Notes under the pieces: model-generated
The model's database searches: none
Seen by the model: only the letters and a program-made list of their open reading frames with translations
What the model was told of the DNA's origin: nothing
Assembly (NCBI GenBank): GCA_039818205.1
Contig: JBCBUK010000001.1
Span: forward strand, 448,001 to 512,000
Origin: Verrucomicrobiota bacterium
Lineage (GTDB): Bacteria; Verrucomicrobiota; Verrucomicrobiia; Opitutales; Cerasicoccaceae
DNA: 64,000 nucleotides
Direction of reading: 5' to 3'
In this document: positions 48,985 to 61,200 of the stretch, piece after piece
How positions within the stretch are numbered: position 1 is the stretch's first letter
Layout: each line of letters begins with the position of its first letter
Made by a program: the position numbers and the translations under genes

Positions 48985-50715
48985 TCACGTATCCGTTTGA
49001 GTTTTCTTCAGCAATAGTTTGGCGAGCAAGACACTCGTTAGAACAAGTCCAATCCCCATAATTGAGAGTGTCTTTATCTCATCGGGTGAGAACAATATCA
49101 GCACGAACATCATCCCCCCCAAAAGGCCGAGACTCCAAACAAGAATTTGCAGGGGTAAACGCGTAGAACTTGGGACACCTGGGCCCGCCATTTGTTTCGC
49201 TTGGGTCGTCGCCTCTTGCAAACGATCCCAGCCCGATGCGACTCCCCTCGCCCGCAGCTCGGCAACGACCAGTATCGCTAAAGGGACTAAAACACCAACG
49301 AGCAAGTCGCTCTCGCGCGGATTCGCAGCAACAAACCGCGATAGACCGGCTAAGGCCTCGACGTTGCTGAACCAACCGCCTTCACCAAAACCAAATTTGT
49401 AGAGTGACCCGGCAACAATACCGCCACCCAAAGTCCACCATACAACCTCTTGACCAACTCGTTTCGAAAACAGTGCCCAAAGAGTCGGCAGAAGAATTGA
49501 CGACCCAACAAGACTGCCGATCAAAATTATGATATCTCGATAGCTACCGAGCCGCGGCAGAATCAACGCCCCCGCCAGCATATAGATACCGATTACAATT
49601 GTGAAAATCCGCCCTGCCCGAACGGTTTGCGATTCGGAGGCATTCGGTTTGATGCGTTTTCGATACACATCGTCCGTTAACACACCGGCAAACATATTGA
49701 GCACGCTCGAAAGCGAGCTCGCGGTTGCCGAAAACATCGCCGCAACCATCAATCCGACAATGCCGGCAGGAAGTACCGCTTCGCAGGCCAAGATGTAAGC
49801 TTCCTGCGGGTCTGCTTCACCATTAATCGAGCGATAAATTAGCGGCGGTGCCATCCACACAAACGGCGTTACCAAATAGAGCCATCCAAAAAGATACATT
49901 GCCTTCCGCGAATCACGCTTCGTTGGAACACAAAGATGCCGCTGAATAAAATGCCACTCTGCCCCCAGCTGGAAACAGTTAATGAGCATCCACCCGACGA
50001 GAAATATCCACGAAAAACCTGGGGCTGTCGGTTTAAAAAATCCCTCGGGTGAGTTGGCAACGACGTTAGACCAACCGCCACCGAGATCTAGAATCAATGG
50101 TAGAACAAAAATCACGCAAACGCTCAGCACAATGAACTGAAGCATATCCGTCATCAACACCGCCCAAAGCCCGCCGATCATAGTGTACGTAATGACAATT
50201 AGGGCGATAATAATGCAGGCTAAATCGACCGACAGATTGCCCGTCGCAGGGTCTCGCAGGAGATGGCCTTCCTCCAATGGAATCAGCGGGCAAAGCATAA
50301 CGGACAACGCATAAAGCGATAGACCGTGAACACAGAGAAAGACACCACGATATAAAGTGTAGAAATTGAACGGTCCTTTTCCAAACCGAAGCTGCACAAA
50401 CTCGGCTCCAGTTGAGAGCTGGGTGTCGTGCCAACGTCCCGCAAAAAATCGCCCCGCAAAGAAAGCTCCGATACCATAGACCGAGCAGATAATTGCACCG
50501 ACCAATCCGAACTCATACGTAATCCCACCCCATACCACAAAGGTGCCAGCCGAAAACATGGTCATATAGGCGGACACGCCAGACAGCCACCAAGGAGAAG
50601 ATCGTCCAGCAACGAACATGTCGGAAGCCGTGGTATTTGAGCGCGCAAATAACCCACTCACAGCCACCAACCCTACGAAGTAGAGCAGAATAACAAACCA
50701 ATCAATTCCGGTCAT
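48985..50715 (-). CDS. Sodium:solute symporter (sugar/oligosaccharide)
   Basis: [36 protein letters not shown]; many TM helices. Confidence 0.93.
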   Translation of the reverse strand: MTGIDWFVILLYFVGLVAVSGLFARSNTTASDMFVAGRSSPWWLSGVSAYMTMFSAGTFVVWGGITYEFGLVGAIICSVYGIGAFFAGRFFAGRWHDTQLSTGAEFVQLRFGKGPFNFYTLYRGVFLCVHGLSLYALSVMLCPLIPLEEGHLLRDPATGNLSVDLACIIIALIVITYTMIGGLWAVLMTDMLQFIVLSVCVIFVLPLILDLGGGWSNVVANSPEGFFKPTAPGFSWIFLVGWMLINCFQLGAEWHFIQRHLCVPTKRDSRKAMYLFGWLYLVTPFVWMAPPLIYRSINGEADPQEAYILACEAVLPAGIVGLMVAAMFSATASSLSSVLNMFAGVLTDDVYRKRIKPNASESQTVRAGRIFTIVIGIYMLAGALILPRLGSYRDIIILIGSLVGSSILLPTLWALFSKRVGQEVVWWTLGGGIVAGSLYKFGFGEGGWFSNVEALAGLSRFVAANPRESDLLVGVLVPLAILVVAELRARGVASGWDRLQEATTQAKQMAGPGVPSSTRLPLQILVWSLGLLGGMMFVLILFSPDEIKTLSIMGIGLVLTSVLLAKLLLKKTQTDT

Positions 50716-50982
50716 TGAACAACGATGTATATTTCGGGTATCGCATACGGGATAGAGCGGCCAATTTAGCAGGTTTCGTCATTGCGACCTAGTGCTCATA
50801 ACGCAATAATGGTGCACTTTTACGCCACACGCCACTGTTGGCGCATTGTTGCACATAACATACGCTTGCGACAGTATGCATTCACACCAAATTGGCCTAT
50901 CATTCGGCCAAAAATATGGGCAGTCGCCCGATTCCCCGCGCTCGGGGCCTGTAACAATCAAGATTCCGCACACTCCCCAACG

Positions 50983-52122
50983 ATGACAAGCCCTGGCAAC
51001 ATTACCCGCGTCGCAATCCTTATTGATTCATCATCCTCATGGTCACGCTCGCTGATCGAGGGCATACTCGTCTACACAAAAGAAAATGAGCCATGGCACA
51101 TGCACCTCGAGGCACAACCGAGTGGTGATTCCCTCCTGCTGCCCAAAGGATGGAATGGGGACGGTATCATTGCGCGAGTTTCCAGCCCGGAAGTTGCCGA
51201 ACAGCTGGAGGCCCTTGGTCGACCCGTCGTCAATATCTCTTCGATCAAGCTCGAGGGTGTAAACTACCCGCGTGTGATCACCTCTCCGATCTCGGAGGCA
51301 AAACTCGCCTTCGACACTTTCAACACCCGTGGGTTTAGAAACTTCGCCTATGTTGGCGATTTGAGTAAGGGCTACGTTCAAACCGAATACCAAGCCTATC
51401 GATCGCACCTGCAGGAAAACGGAAAACAACTGCACACCTTTGATCTGAGCACAGACCGCTCACTGGGCGATTGGCTGATCGCCCTGCCCAAACCCGTTGG
51501 CCTCTACTGCTGGGGCGCCTACCTCGGGCACGAGATTATCGATACCTGCAAACTCGTCGAAGTGAACGTGCCAAACGATGTGGCTGTCCTTGGGGCGAAC
51601 TATGATCGACTCATGAGCGAGGCGTCCTATCCGGCACAAGCAGGTATTTTGATGGACTCACTCCAGATCGGCCGAACAGCGGCACGAATTCTCGATGAAA
51701 TGATGCAGGGCAAGGAACCGGAGAAATTGGAATGGCACCTGGAACCACTCGGCATAGTGGAGAAGCTCTCGATCGATGCCATGGCGGTTGCCGACCAACG
51801 CATGGCCAACGTAATGCGGTTCCTCAACGAGAACGCCCTCGGACCAATAACTGTTGATGATGTTCTGGCAAAAAACCCAATGGCAAGGCGGACTCTTGAA
51901 AGAAAGTTTCGCCAAACCTTTGGCTGCTCAATCGTCGAACACATTCGACAGATCCGAGTAAACCACGCACGAAAGCTACTCGCCAGCAGCGACCTCCCGA
52001 TCACCGAGATTGCCGACCGTTGCGGCCTATCCTCCTACAACTATCTCAATCGAATCTTCAAGGGCGCAACGGGACTCTCACCAAGCCAATATCGAGCTCA
52101 ATCGCAGCTTCAAGAGGTTTAG
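50983..52122 (+). CDS. XylR-type regulator (sugar-binding + AraC HTH)
   Basis: GDGIIAR, RGFRNFAY, WL.ALPKPVG, VPNDVAVLG, RRTLERKF, IADRCG..SY..F..SPSQYR; ATG 50983 preferred. Confidence 0.9.
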   Translation: MTSPGNITRVAILIDSSSSWSRSLIEGILVYTKENEPWHMHLEAQPSGDSLLLPKGWNGDGIIARVSSPEVAEQLEALGRPVVNISSIKLEGVNYPRVITSPISEAKLAFDTFNTRGFRNFAYVGDLSKGYVQTEYQAYRSHLQENGKQLHTFDLSTDRSLGDWLIALPKPVGLYCWGAYLGHEIIDTCKLVEVNVPNDVAVLGANYDRLMSEASYPAQAGILMDSLQIGRTAARILDEMMQGKEPEKLEWHLEPLGIVEKLSIDAMAVADQRMANVMRFLNENALGPITVDDVLAKNPMARRTLERKFRQTFGCSIVEHIRQIRVNHARKLLASSDLPITEIADRCGLSSYNYLNRIFKGATGLSPSQYRAQSQLQEV

Positions 52123-52160
52123 CTCTCGCCCTCGCTTCGATCACTTCACTTCGCAGGCGC

Positions 52161-53666
52161 TTATCCTTCGCGACCCGGAGCCGTTGGCCGGCCGGATTCC
52201 ACGATATCCATATACTCGTCGAACATCTTCTTCGCCAACTCCTTGTATTCTGGGTTGTCCAGAAGGTTCTTTTTCTCCTTCGGATCAGCATCTAAGTTAT
52301 ACAAGGCTTTGGGCTCAAACTGAGTTCGCTTGAAGTTGCTTTGGATAATCAGCTTCCATGGAGAACGACGCAGCATCAACTCCTGCTTCGCGCCAGCCTG
52401 GTTGATAAAATAATCGCGTTGCGCGAACGCGTCGTCACCCAGAAACAGTGGCATTAGATTATTGGAATCCAACGCTTGGCCTGCGGGGATCTTCGTCCCA
52501 ACCAACGCAGCAAACGTTGCCACCATATCCTGATTGACAGCGAGCTCATCCGTGGTTCCGGGCTTAATTTCATTTGGCCAAACCACGAAGAATGGAACTC
52601 GGTGGCCGCCTTCCAACGGCGAGTTCTTATGGCCGCTCCAGCCACCACTTGGATCATAGCCGTGCTTGCGCGCCTGACCATCACTCAATCCCCCATTATC
52701 AGAAGTCAGGATTAACAGCGTGTTATCAAATTCACCGGTTTCCTTTAGCGCATCTACGATTCGCTTTATCTGGAGGTCAAATTCAACCACCATATCAAGA
52801 TGCTTTGTCGGCGTTGTCCCTTTTACTGGTTGACCATCGAATTCAGCTGGCGGCCGGTGTGGAAGGTGCACCATCGGCGAACAGTAATAGATGAAAAATG
52901 GTTCATCCTTTGCCGCGCTGGTTCTAATAAAATCAACGACCTTCTGTGAAAGTATGTCTCCAAGCTGGCGTGAATCCCAATTCGAATCGCCCATTCCGCT
53001 CCCTTTACTGGTGAGATCTTCCGGGAACTTGGCCGACTTCTCATCAATAAAGATGATCTCTGAATCTTCGGCCCAAGGATACCATTTTTCATTCTCATAG
53101 AGAACATAGTGCGGCCCTTGGATTCCACACGGCGTCGTGAAATCATAGTCGAATCCGCAGTCTTTCGGGCCGCCCGCCACAAATTCAGTTACGTCGACTT
53201 TGCCCGTGAGATCACCGTTCTTCTTCCCGCGGTAAATCTCGTCGCTGCCCGGAATCCTAAAGTCACCGCCCAAGTGCCACTTGCCGAAGAAACCCGTATT
53301 GTAACCTGCGTCTCGAACTACCGTTCCCAGGGTCGCTTCACCCGGTTTGAAAGCAGAGGGAGCAAAAGTGCTCCAGACTCCCGTTGGCGCATAAGAGCGA
53401 TAATTATTATTGCCACTCATCACCGCATAGCGGGTCGGCGCGCACAGTGATGTCGCGGAATGACCATCGGTGAACCAAAGTGATTGGGAAGCCAATGCGT
53501 CAATGTTGGGCGTATTAAACAGTGCCTTTTTCTTTTGAATATTTTCAGCGTGGAAACTGATGTCTCCCAGTCCGAGATCGTCGGCCATGATAAAGACAAT
53601 ATTGGGGCGCTCCGCCAAACAGGCTGTCGCCAAGAGACTAATCGCTAAGGTTACAAACCGCTTCAT
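52161..53666 (-). CDS. Arylsulfatase (S1, Cys-type)
   Basis: Signal peptide from ATG 53666; [34 protein letters not shown]. Confidence 0.93.
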   Translation of the reverse strand: MKRFVTLAISLLATACLAERPNIVFIMADDLGLGDISFHAENIQKKKALFNTPNIDALASQSLWFTDGHSATSLCAPTRYAVMSGNNNYRSYAPTGVWSTFAPSAFKPGEATLGTVVRDAGYNTGFFGKWHLGGDFRIPGSDEIYRGKKNGDLTGKVDVTEFVAGGPKDCGFDYDFTTPCGIQGPHYVLYENEKWYPWAEDSEIIFIDEKSAKFPEDLTSKGSGMGDSNWDSRQLGDILSQKVVDFIRTSAAKDEPFFIYYCSPMVHLPHRPPAEFDGQPVKGTTPTKHLDMVVEFDLQIKRIVDALKETGEFDNTLLILTSDNGGLSDGQARKHGYDPSGGWSGHKNSPLEGGHRVPFFVVWPNEIKPGTTDELAVNQDMVATFAALVGTKIPAGQALDSNNLMPLFLGDDAFAQRDYFINQAGAKQELMLRRSPWKLIIQSNFKRTQFEPKALYNLDADPKEKKNLLDNPEYKELAKKMFDEYMDIVESGRPTAPGREG

Positions 53667-53685
53667 AAATACTTCTAGTCGCAAA

Positions 53686-55518
53686 TTAAAGATTGAGTTC
53701 ACCATCATGAGCACCGGGTGCAAAGTTGCTGCGATAGACTGTCGTTCCATTTGCCTTTGGGCCCCAGCCAACTTCAACACGACCATCCCCGAGGACAACA
53801 TCGACCAACTTATCCTTCATCGCCATCGCTACTGCTTCATACTCCTTATTGAAGGCCAGGTTGTTAACTTCCTGCGGGTCACTTGGCATATGGTAGAGAG
53901 CTGGATCGAGCTCCTCATAGGTTGCATTGCGCGCCCATTCCAAATTCTTGCCTCGCTTCTTATCGGGCCGAGTCTGCATCGAAAATACGAAGTCCTTCGT
54001 CCGAATGTAGGCCCGCGGCCCCGTGACTGCGTGGCTCTCACCAATCACATAGTCGCGAGCAGGAAGTTCTCCCGCTGCAGTCTTTTCCATATCGCGACCA
54101 TCGAGATACGTAAAGGTTGCGTCTTCCAAGTCGGCACCACCGGCAGCGAGGATCGTCGGTGCAATATCGACGAACTCCGTGAAGTCTCTGACGACTTTAC
54201 CTGAAGGGAAGGCACTCTTGTCCGAAGACACCACAATAATCGGATTGTGGCTATCGATATCCCAAGGCGTGAACTTGGATACCGCCCCATGATCATTTAA
54301 TTTCCAACCATGATCGCCACAGACGTATACAACCATCCACGGCTGCTTCTGCGATTCGCTATACGCGATGAATGAATCAACCGCCTCGCCCACCAAAGCG
54401 TCTCCATAGGCGCAAAACGCAAAGTAGTCCTGAATCATAGCCTGCTTCTCAGCGTCGGTTAAACTATCGCTGTACCCAGCCATTACCTGGCGTTTCAGCT
54501 GAGCGGGCATCGTTTCCAATTCAGCCTTATCTAACTGCGGAACCTTATAGGTGTGCTTCTGGAAGCGAGCACGGTAGTCCGCCGGTGGAAGGACCGGCGT
54601 GTGAGGAAAATCGTAGCCTAAGTGCAAAAACAACGGCTTTGAGGGATCGACGCCCTCGAAAGTTGCCGAGCCAAATTTGAAGGTCTCGTTCGGGTGATCA
54701 AGGTATTCGTTGAGCGCAATGTTATAGTAGCCATCACGTGTCTTCCCTGCTGGCTGAGGGCTTACCCCAGCGATGATCATGCCCTTATCGAGGTGCTTAC
54801 CCTTCTTTTCGTTGTAGTGCCGGAGTAAGTCATACTGTTCGATAACACGTTCCGCGGATCCAGCAAACTCTGGCATCTTCTTCTCCAGCTCCAGCGACGA
54901 ATACTCGAACTCTCCTTCGGGTGTGACGAAGTATTCCAGATTCTTGATCGGCTGATCCAACTTCTGCCCATTGATTTCGTAGAACCAGTCCTTACCCCAG
55001 TCAGTCAAACCGTCGCGATGCATTGGTTTGAAATATATATCTTCCTGATAAATCTTGTGTGGGCGAACTTTACCATCTTTTACCGTCCGGAGGCGAACGC
55101 CAAGCTTGCCAATGTGAGTTGTCTGGTAACCCAACTTAGCCATCTGCTCCGGTAAGGTCGGCTCGCAGTGCTCAGCATTGTTGTTATGGTATTCAAACTC
55201 ATAAATGCCCGATCGAAACGGGTAACGACCATAGTGCATCGACGCGCGCGATGGCGCACATCCCATTGCTTGGCAGTAGGTATTGATGAAGGTCGTCCCC
55301 ATATCTGCCAAACGGTCGGTCTCTGGTGACTCCACATAGCCAAGAGCGCTCATGTCTCGGCCATGGAGCATCTGGTTGAAAGCGCGTATCGAGTCGTAGC
55401 GCTGATCGTCGGTAATAATCCAAAGGATGTTCGGCTGAGTTGTGGCGAATGTTGATCCACCGGCAAGCCAGGAGGCAATACCGCAAGCAGCAAGAGTAAG
55501 TTTATTCAGGAGTTTCAT
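53686..55518 (-). CDS. Sulfatase (S1, Cys-type)
   Basis: Signal peptide; [30 protein letters not shown]. Confidence 0.92.
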   Translation of the reverse strand: MKLLNKLTLAACGIASWLAGGSTFATTQPNILWIITDDQRYDSIRAFNQMLHGRDMSALGYVESPETDRLADMGTTFINTYCQAMGCAPSRASMHYGRYPFRSGIYEFEYHNNNAEHCEPTLPEQMAKLGYQTTHIGKLGVRLRTVKDGKVRPHKIYQEDIYFKPMHRDGLTDWGKDWFYEINGQKLDQPIKNLEYFVTPEGEFEYSSLELEKKMPEFAGSAERVIEQYDLLRHYNEKKGKHLDKGMIIAGVSPQPAGKTRDGYYNIALNEYLDHPNETFKFGSATFEGVDPSKPLFLHLGYDFPHTPVLPPADYRARFQKHTYKVPQLDKAELETMPAQLKRQVMAGYSDSLTDAEKQAMIQDYFAFCAYGDALVGEAVDSFIAYSESQKQPWMVVYVCGDHGWKLNDHGAVSKFTPWDIDSHNPIIVVSSDKSAFPSGKVVRDFTEFVDIAPTILAAGGADLEDATFTYLDGRDMEKTAAGELPARDYVIGESHAVTGPRAYIRTKDFVFSMQTRPDKKRGKNLEWARNATYEELDPALYHMPSDPQEVNNLAFNKEYEAVAMAMKDKLVDVVLGDGRVEVGWGPKANGTTVYRSNFAPGAHDGELNL

Positions 55519-56969
55519 TTAAAATTGCCCTTAACGATTGGCTGATAGCCAGCTTCGATTGCCTCTTTTGGAACCACCTCCAAGAAGAATTGATCGCGCT
55601 TCTTGTGGTAGTTTTTATAACCTAGCATTCGGCACGGCAGATTATTCTGATTCCATGCGGTCCACTTTGCCTTAAGTTGTCCGGCGAGTTCGGAGTGGCT
55701 GCCTAGCACATCATCGCTTTCGGATATGTCATCGGGAAGATAAAACATCTGAGGCTTCGAGCTGTCTTTGTCTTTCAAGTACTTGTAGCCATTCGACGAG
55801 AGTACGGACCAAACACTGCCGTTGCCTCCTCGCCAAAACAACGCGTCGTGGGGCGCGCCATCGACCGCTCCAGTAACGTAGGGAACAAGATCAATCCCCT
55901 CCATGGCCGGTCCCGTAGAAGCATTGGCACCCGCCACCGCAACCGCTGTGCGCCCAATATCCAAGGCGATCACCGGATACTCGTAAACCTGTCCGGCAGG
56001 GAACTTGGCCGGCCACGAGGCGATAAACGGAACATGGACGCCACCATCGTAAAGGTTGCCCTTGCCTCCGCGGAACGGCTCGTTGTCCGACGCATTACCA
56101 CCATTTGGATTCTTCGCCGAGTTCTGCGGCCCACCATTGTCACTCAAGAAAAAGATCAGCGTATTGTCGCGAATGCCATGCTTCTCCAGCTCACTCACCA
56201 CCTCGCCAATGCCACGATCCATCACGTCGACCATGGCGGCGTAAACGCGACGTTTTTCGTCCGAAATGTGTGAATACCTTTCAATATCTTCCTTCGGTGC
56301 CTGCAAGGGAGCATGAGGCGCATTGTAAGCTAAGAAGAGGAAAAATGGCTGATCCTTGTTCTGAGCAACAAACGCCGCGGCATCGCGGCTAAGCGCGGTG
56401 GTCAGATAGCCTTCAAAATCCGCAGGGCGTTTGTTTCGAACCAAGCCTTGCAAATACGCTTCCTTAACCGGTTGGGTCATATCGATCCGAAAATAATCAT
56501 GCCCTCCCCCGAGAAATCCATAGAAGTAATCAAATCCGCGGTTGTTCGGGTGATAGTCTTCCGCGGCGCCCAAGTGCCATTTACCAACGCAGCCGGTCAC
56601 ATAGCCAGCTTTCTGTAGACGTGCGGGAAACAAGATCTCATTGGGATCGATGCCCATCAACGGATTTGCTGGGTCGTACGCCGGGTTCGTTTCAAATCCA
56701 AAGCGGTGCTGATACCGGCCTGCTAGCAGCGCCGCACGGCTAGGACCGCAAAACGGATGAGTCGCATACCCCTGTTTGAAGATAACTCCGGATGCCGCCA
56801 GCTCGTCCAGATTTGGTGTCAGAATGTCTTTGGAACCCGTAAATCCGGTATCCGCAAAGCCCATGTCATCGGCCATGATCACGATAATATTCGGCTTCGA
56901 ATTCTGCCCAGACAGGCACAACTGAAAGCCAAGCAACAGAGTAACAATCGTTAGAACACGCTTACGCAT
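55515..56969 (-). CDS. Sulfatase (S1, Cys-type)
   Basis: Signal peptide from ATG 56969; [32 protein letters not shown]. Confidence 0.93.
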   Translation of the reverse strand: MRKRVLTIVTLLLGFQLCLSGQNSKPNIIVIMADDMGFADTGFTGSKDILTPNLDELAASGVIFKQGYATHPFCGPSRAALLAGRYQHRFGFETNPAYDPANPLMGIDPNEILFPARLQKAGYVTGCVGKWHLGAAEDYHPNNRGFDYFYGFLGGGHDYFRIDMTQPVKEAYLQGLVRNKRPADFEGYLTTALSRDAAAFVAQNKDQPFFLFLAYNAPHAPLQAPKEDIERYSHISDEKRRVYAAMVDVMDRGIGEVVSELEKHGIRDNTLIFFLSDNGGPQNSAKNPNGGNASDNEPFRGGKGNLYDGGVHVPFIASWPAKFPAGQVYEYPVIALDIGRTAVAVAGANASTGPAMEGIDLVPYVTGAVDGAPHDALFWRGGNGSVWSVLSSNGYKYLKDKDSSKPQMFYLPDDISESDDVLGSHSELAGQLKAKWTAWNQNNLPCRMLGYKNYHKKRDQFFLEVVPKEAIEAGYQPIVKGNFK

Positions 56970-57133
56970 ACAACAGACAAAATTTGGTTTTACGACCAAC
57001 GCCGGGGTAACATCTCGGCGAGATTTAAAACCAATATCTACAAACCAATACCGTTCGGCAATTTATCTATAGATATACCGCCGCCTGTACGAAACGGTTC
57101 CCGAGAGTCTTTGGCCAGGGGGCACTCCTCGGA

Positions 57134-58216
57134 TTATTCGTCTGCTATCTCGGCTTCTTCTTCAGGAGGCCACTCAACTTTGAGCAGGATCTTATCTACG
57201 AGGCGCTTCGCCGTCGTGAGCTGATCGGTGTCGTAATATAACTCACCAGGCGGAACCGAGCTACTTCCGCTATGACTGGTTAAATCCATAAGGTAATATT
57301 GGCGGTCATCACTCGGATAAATCAACGCTTCATAGATTACCGAGGGTTGCCCAATCCCCGGGCGCGTATACCCGTCATTAGACTCGATCTGTCCCGCGTG
57401 AAAGAAGTCATTGTCATCATTCGGCGCGTTGACCTCCACGTAGACGACAAACGGGATCGCATCCATCTTAAGGTGGCCATCCAAGGAAAAGTCGCGCGTT
57501 GGTGTTGCCGAACTCACGGCGTCCAGATCCTCCTCGGGTTCCTGACCAATTATGTCTTGGTAGCGCTCATACCAAATCGGCAGAACTTCATTCCGGTTCC
57601 GTTGGTGACCGCCAAATTCCTGATCGTTGGACATCGCTGAGTCCTCAGTCACATATAGCGTTTCCAGGACTGTGCCATCCTCCGACTCAGCCCAGATCGC
57701 GAGCTGGGGGTGTCCATCGCCCCATAGGTCAGTCTCATCAACATCTGGGCCAAAGGAATCGCCCCAGTCAAACTCCAGTCGTAGACTCGCCCCCTGGTCG
57801 TTTATCCGTTTGACCTTTAAGCCATCGTCAATCGGCATATACGCAGTGTCCCGATTGGGACGAAAAATATCCCGTGCATGCTGGGACTCGTGGCTCGCGC
57901 TAATCAAGAGCGGAATCGGCCACCAGTTCCACAACGAGGCCGCAACGGCATACAGCCAAAAAATCAGCACGCTGCCTAACAGTGTGATGGGTGAGCCTTG
58001 CTTGCCCTTAGAACGATTGCGCGGCTTCTTGATCAACCCCCAGAAATACTTTCCCCGAGACGATAAATGCAGCGTGATAAAGATAACCAGCGCGAAGCCG
58101 GATACGATATGCAACCGCGTGACAACCAAATCGAAAGGCTGAAAGAAACGAAGCATTCCGGAAATGGCCAATGTTGCAAAGAAGAACAACAAGGAGACGT
58201 TAACGAAATGCTTCAT
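57134..58216 (-). CDS. Membrane protein: His-bearing TM domain (DUF4405-like) + DUF2271-like soluble domain
   Basis: TM helices with RLHIVSG..TLHL; QLAIWAE..ETLYVT..LPIW..DAVSSATP; GQPS. Confidence 0.65.
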   Translation of the reverse strand: MKHFVNVSLLFFFATLAISGMLRFFQPFDLVVTRLHIVSGFALVIFITLHLSSRGKYFWGLIKKPRNRSKGKQGSPITLLGSVLIFWLYAVAASLWNWWPIPLLISASHESQHARDIFRPNRDTAYMPIDDGLKVKRINDQGASLRLEFDWGDSFGPDVDETDLWGDGHPQLAIWAESEDGTVLETLYVTEDSAMSNDQEFGGHQRNRNEVLPIWYERYQDIIGQEPEEDLDAVSSATPTRDFSLDGHLKMDAIPFVVYVEVNAPNDDNDFFHAGQIESNDGYTRPGIGQPSVIYEALIYPSDDRQYYLMDLTSHSGSSSVPPGELYYDTDQLTTAKRLVDKILLKVEWPPEEEAEIADE

Positions 58217-58271
58217 ACCTTATCTATAGAACGTTGAGGTACGCTCTGGCTAGTATAGAAATACGACCAAA

Positions 58272-61200
58272 CTATTCATTGTAGGCGCGCACCTCGTAAA
58301 TGCGGGCGGCCTTATCTCCGTTGGTCTGATTGACAACAACTCGGAACTTCGAAGTTTCAACCTCAGAGAATCGGTGAATGCGGCGGCGCTGATAATTATC
58401 TTCAGTTTTACCCAACGACACCCATCCATCACCGTCTTCGTAGAAAATCTCATAGTCGCGAACCGATTCGGGAACCATGCGGTCGGTATCTTTGAACTCC
58501 CAGGTTTGGTGCTTCGCCTGATTCACGTTGGTATCAAAGGTCAGATAGATAGAATTCAATTTTTCGGGCGAGCCGAAGTCGACCTCTAACCACTGCGGCA
58601 TTGGAAGCGTTGCGTCTGATTTCCACATGTTCGTCGCACCATCGACAATACGCGATACGCCACTAATCACGTTACTCGGACTGTAAGCCGGATTGGGGTT
58701 GATCGGAACGCCCAGGTGGAATGCGTAGTATTCCCCTTGAACTGGATTCCATCGTTCCTGCGCGGCGTCATAGTAGGCTCGTCCGGCGGATATCGGCCCA
58801 TTCTCCATCATCACCCACGAAATCCCATCATGGGCATCCATCGAAATTTTGAGAAACTTTGAACTCACTGGTTGATTGAATTCGAAAGTAACCCAAGTGC
58901 GGCCGTTTGCTGGAACCAGTGCGTCTGCAGAGGCCAGGTCATCGATCCACTCGAAATTCCCATACTCAGCCGCAAGTTGGAGATCCAAGGTCACTTCTGT
59001 CTCGTCGCTATTGGTGGACTCAAGCAGGACTGAAACCGAATCAATTTGTGAAAGCTCGCCAGCCCCAAACATCATTGCGCGTCGTGTGTTGAGCGGATGC
59101 GACTTGTCCATTGCCACGACATCCTCCTTGGAGAATCCTTCCTGAACATCACTGCTTGACGCGGAAATCTTAGCTTTGAGAGCCAGGTCATTTGGATCCT
59201 CATTCTTCAACTTGATAATGTATTGGTCATCCTTAAGCAGCTCCTGCTGCAGCTCGGTAATGTGCTTTTCATAAATACCACGCGGATTGGTATCATACTT
59301 CGCACACATTGCAGCAGCGGTGCCAACGGCCTGCCCCATGACACCCGTTGTTCCTTGCACCCGAACGGTGCCAAGTGCTACCCGCGAACACGACACATCG
59401 CGACCGGCAAACATCAAGTTGCTTATGTTCTTAGAATACAACATGCGGAACGGAATGCTGTACATTGGCGTGTGAGTATTGAAATCGAAGGGTCCTTCGG
59501 TCGAAAAGATTCCGTCCGGATGGTGAATATCCAAGCCCCAGCCACCAGTCGCAATTCGATCAGGGAAAATCGTTGCTTCCAAGACTTCGTCCTGAGTCAA
59601 GATATGGTCGCCAACCAGGCGACGAGTCTCCCGCTTTGCATTGGTCACGGGCAAAGCAATGATCTTGCGATTACGAGCAACGTTATCGGCCTTATTGGAA
59701 TCCGTTTTGATCCAATTCATGTAGCTTAGGCTTACGCGAATGAGCCCATCGCGGGCACTCTCCGGATCCCAAAGATCATCAACGTCTCCCCGATTCTCGT
59801 GCCACCAGGTTCCCGACTTGTAGGTATTCTCGTAGCCCTTGCGCGCTTCGAGGTTCTTGGTATTATAGCTCAGGTCCCACAACCACTCTGGCGAATCCAT
59901 GTCGTAGGGCTCTCCAGTATCTTTGGTGTTGTATCCCAGCACAGACCCCTGGAACAGAGACCCACTCATGGTGATATCGTCCGCTTTGTCGGGTGCGTTG
60001 CTTTCGCCAAAAGTGTCCTTAGCTTCCCGGCCAAACATATACTCCGCACCAGCATAGTAGCCGAGCCAGCCATCGCCTGTGCAATCGATAAAGATCTTAC
60101 CCGTGTAGCGTGTCAGCTTCGCGGTGATCATATCAAATGCGCGCACGCCAACGATCGTGTTCCCGTCCATCTCTGCGTCGTATACGTGGGTGTTCAGGAA
60201 CAGGGTTAGGTTCTCTTCTTTCTCAGCAATCTTTTGAGAAGCCGTGCTCCACTTGGATAGAAAATTAAACGACTGGTATCGGCCGATCTCTTCGTTCAAC
60301 CCACTTTCGCGAGCGTTCTTCTGACCGAAGTCCGCTGGCCCAAGAACCGGCACACCCAGCTCAGCGCTATTGTTTCCACCGAGCATCGGACGGTCCTGAA
60401 TCAGCGCCGTTTTGGCTCCGTTCCGAGCCGCCGCAATCGCTGCATTGGTACCGGCAACACCACCACCGACAACCACGACATCAAAGTCTCCCATAAAAGC
60501 GATATCGGTTTCTTTACCGGTCAGACGATCACGTTCCGCTTTGTATGAAGCGAGTTCGGTCGGTGGCTCATAGGACAGGTCCCGAGTCAACAGTAAGGCG
60601 TCACAGCGACCATAGTAACCCGTTAGATCCTTGATCGCGATTGCGAGCTCACCCTTCTCGAGATTAAAGGTCCCACCATCTTGCCATACCCAGTCATCCG
60701 TTTCATCGGTTCCAAATACTGTGTTCGATTTGTCGCCCCCGATGACAACCTCAAACTTTCCTGGAGTATGCTCGGGAAGCCAGTTGCGGCTCCTTACCCA
60801 AAGGCGATAGTCACCGGCCTGATCGATGTCGACCGAAGTTGTAGCATCCTCAACCGGATAGCCAATTCCCGCTGCGAGCAGGAAGGGCGAACCCATCTGC
60901 GGAACAAACTGGGTGTCCATCCACCAGCCTCCGTAGTCTTGAAAATCCTCTGCATCGATCCACAAGTATCCATCAACGACTTCCTTGGGAGTTCGCTTGC
61001 TGCTCTTGTTATAAAACGAAGTAAACCGACTCTGGGCCCGCTCGATTTCAAATCGACCGGACTCATGCGAATCGTAAATTGCCTCAGCTGACCGCGGAGC
61101 GCCAGCAACAATGACTTCATCCAGCGTCCCACTCAGCGGCATCCGACGATTCAGCGAACCAAGGTAGAGCGGCGACTTGCTATTGGAAATTGATTTTGGA

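Noticed and set aside
50782..50982. N-terminal extension of the XylR-type ORF
   Set aside because: Runs through the divergent promoter region; recognisable sequence begins at ATG 50983.
53560..54204. 214-aa plus-strand ORF
   Set aside because: Antisense to two sulfatases; no recognisable features.
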